From Octopus sinensis (lineage: Eukaryota): a DNA stretch of 64,000 nucleotides. The notes under the pieces are model-generated. The model had not been told where the DNA came from. It saw only the letters and a list, made by a program, of their open reading frames with translations, and did no database searches. This document shows, in pieces, positions 63,915 to 64,000 of the stretch. Position 1 is the first letter of the stretch. Each line of letters opens with the position of its first letter. A program made the translations under genes and the position numbers. The DNA lies in the NCBI RefSeq assembly GCF_006345805.1, contig NC_043000.1, positions 136,338,001 to 136,402,000 on the forward strand. Reading direction: 5' to 3'.

Positions 63915-64000
<86 letters not shown>
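63900..64000. repeat. (TA)n microsatellite
   Basis: Direct reading. Confidence 0.95.

Overview
AT-rich, repeat-saturated eukaryotic genomic DNA. The tRNA-derived SINE families, the TA/TATG/TAGA/GAT microsatellite load and the TTAGGG-type repeats suggest a cephalopod, probably Octopus (inference; no database search was run). There is no CRISPR or prokaryotic content, and most ORFs in the supplied track are artefacts of simple repeats. Main content: (1) several Penelope-like element (PLE) remnants, including a ~4.9-kb copy (16.4-21.2 kb) with inverted terminal arms, a decayed GIY-YIG endonuclease and type I hammerhead ribozymes, one of which matches the canonical fold; (2) a frameshifted Helitron Rep/PIF1 helicase (28.7-33.1 kb); (3) a transposon cluster at 41.7-54.3 kb with a DD41D rosa element nested in a mariner, a deleted mariner, a CR1-group LINE with an open 602-aa RT frame, an RTE/BovB-like LINE, Merlin-like foldback elements and Helentron-type insertions; (4) at least four SINE families that swap heads and tails, one sharing its 3' tail with the CR1-group LINE; (5) tandem arrays: a 39-bp minisatellite, a ~3.2-kb satellite built around the POU octamer ATTTGCAT and a 70-bp GC-rich palindromic VNTR; (6) a few unidentified candidate host exons, best supported at 41.1-41.5 kb on the minus strand. 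The strongest signal is the set of hammerhead motifs whose stem III palindrome differs between subfamilies but stays self-complementary. Most boundaries were read by eye and are approximate to some tens of bp unless a TSD or splice site is quoted.
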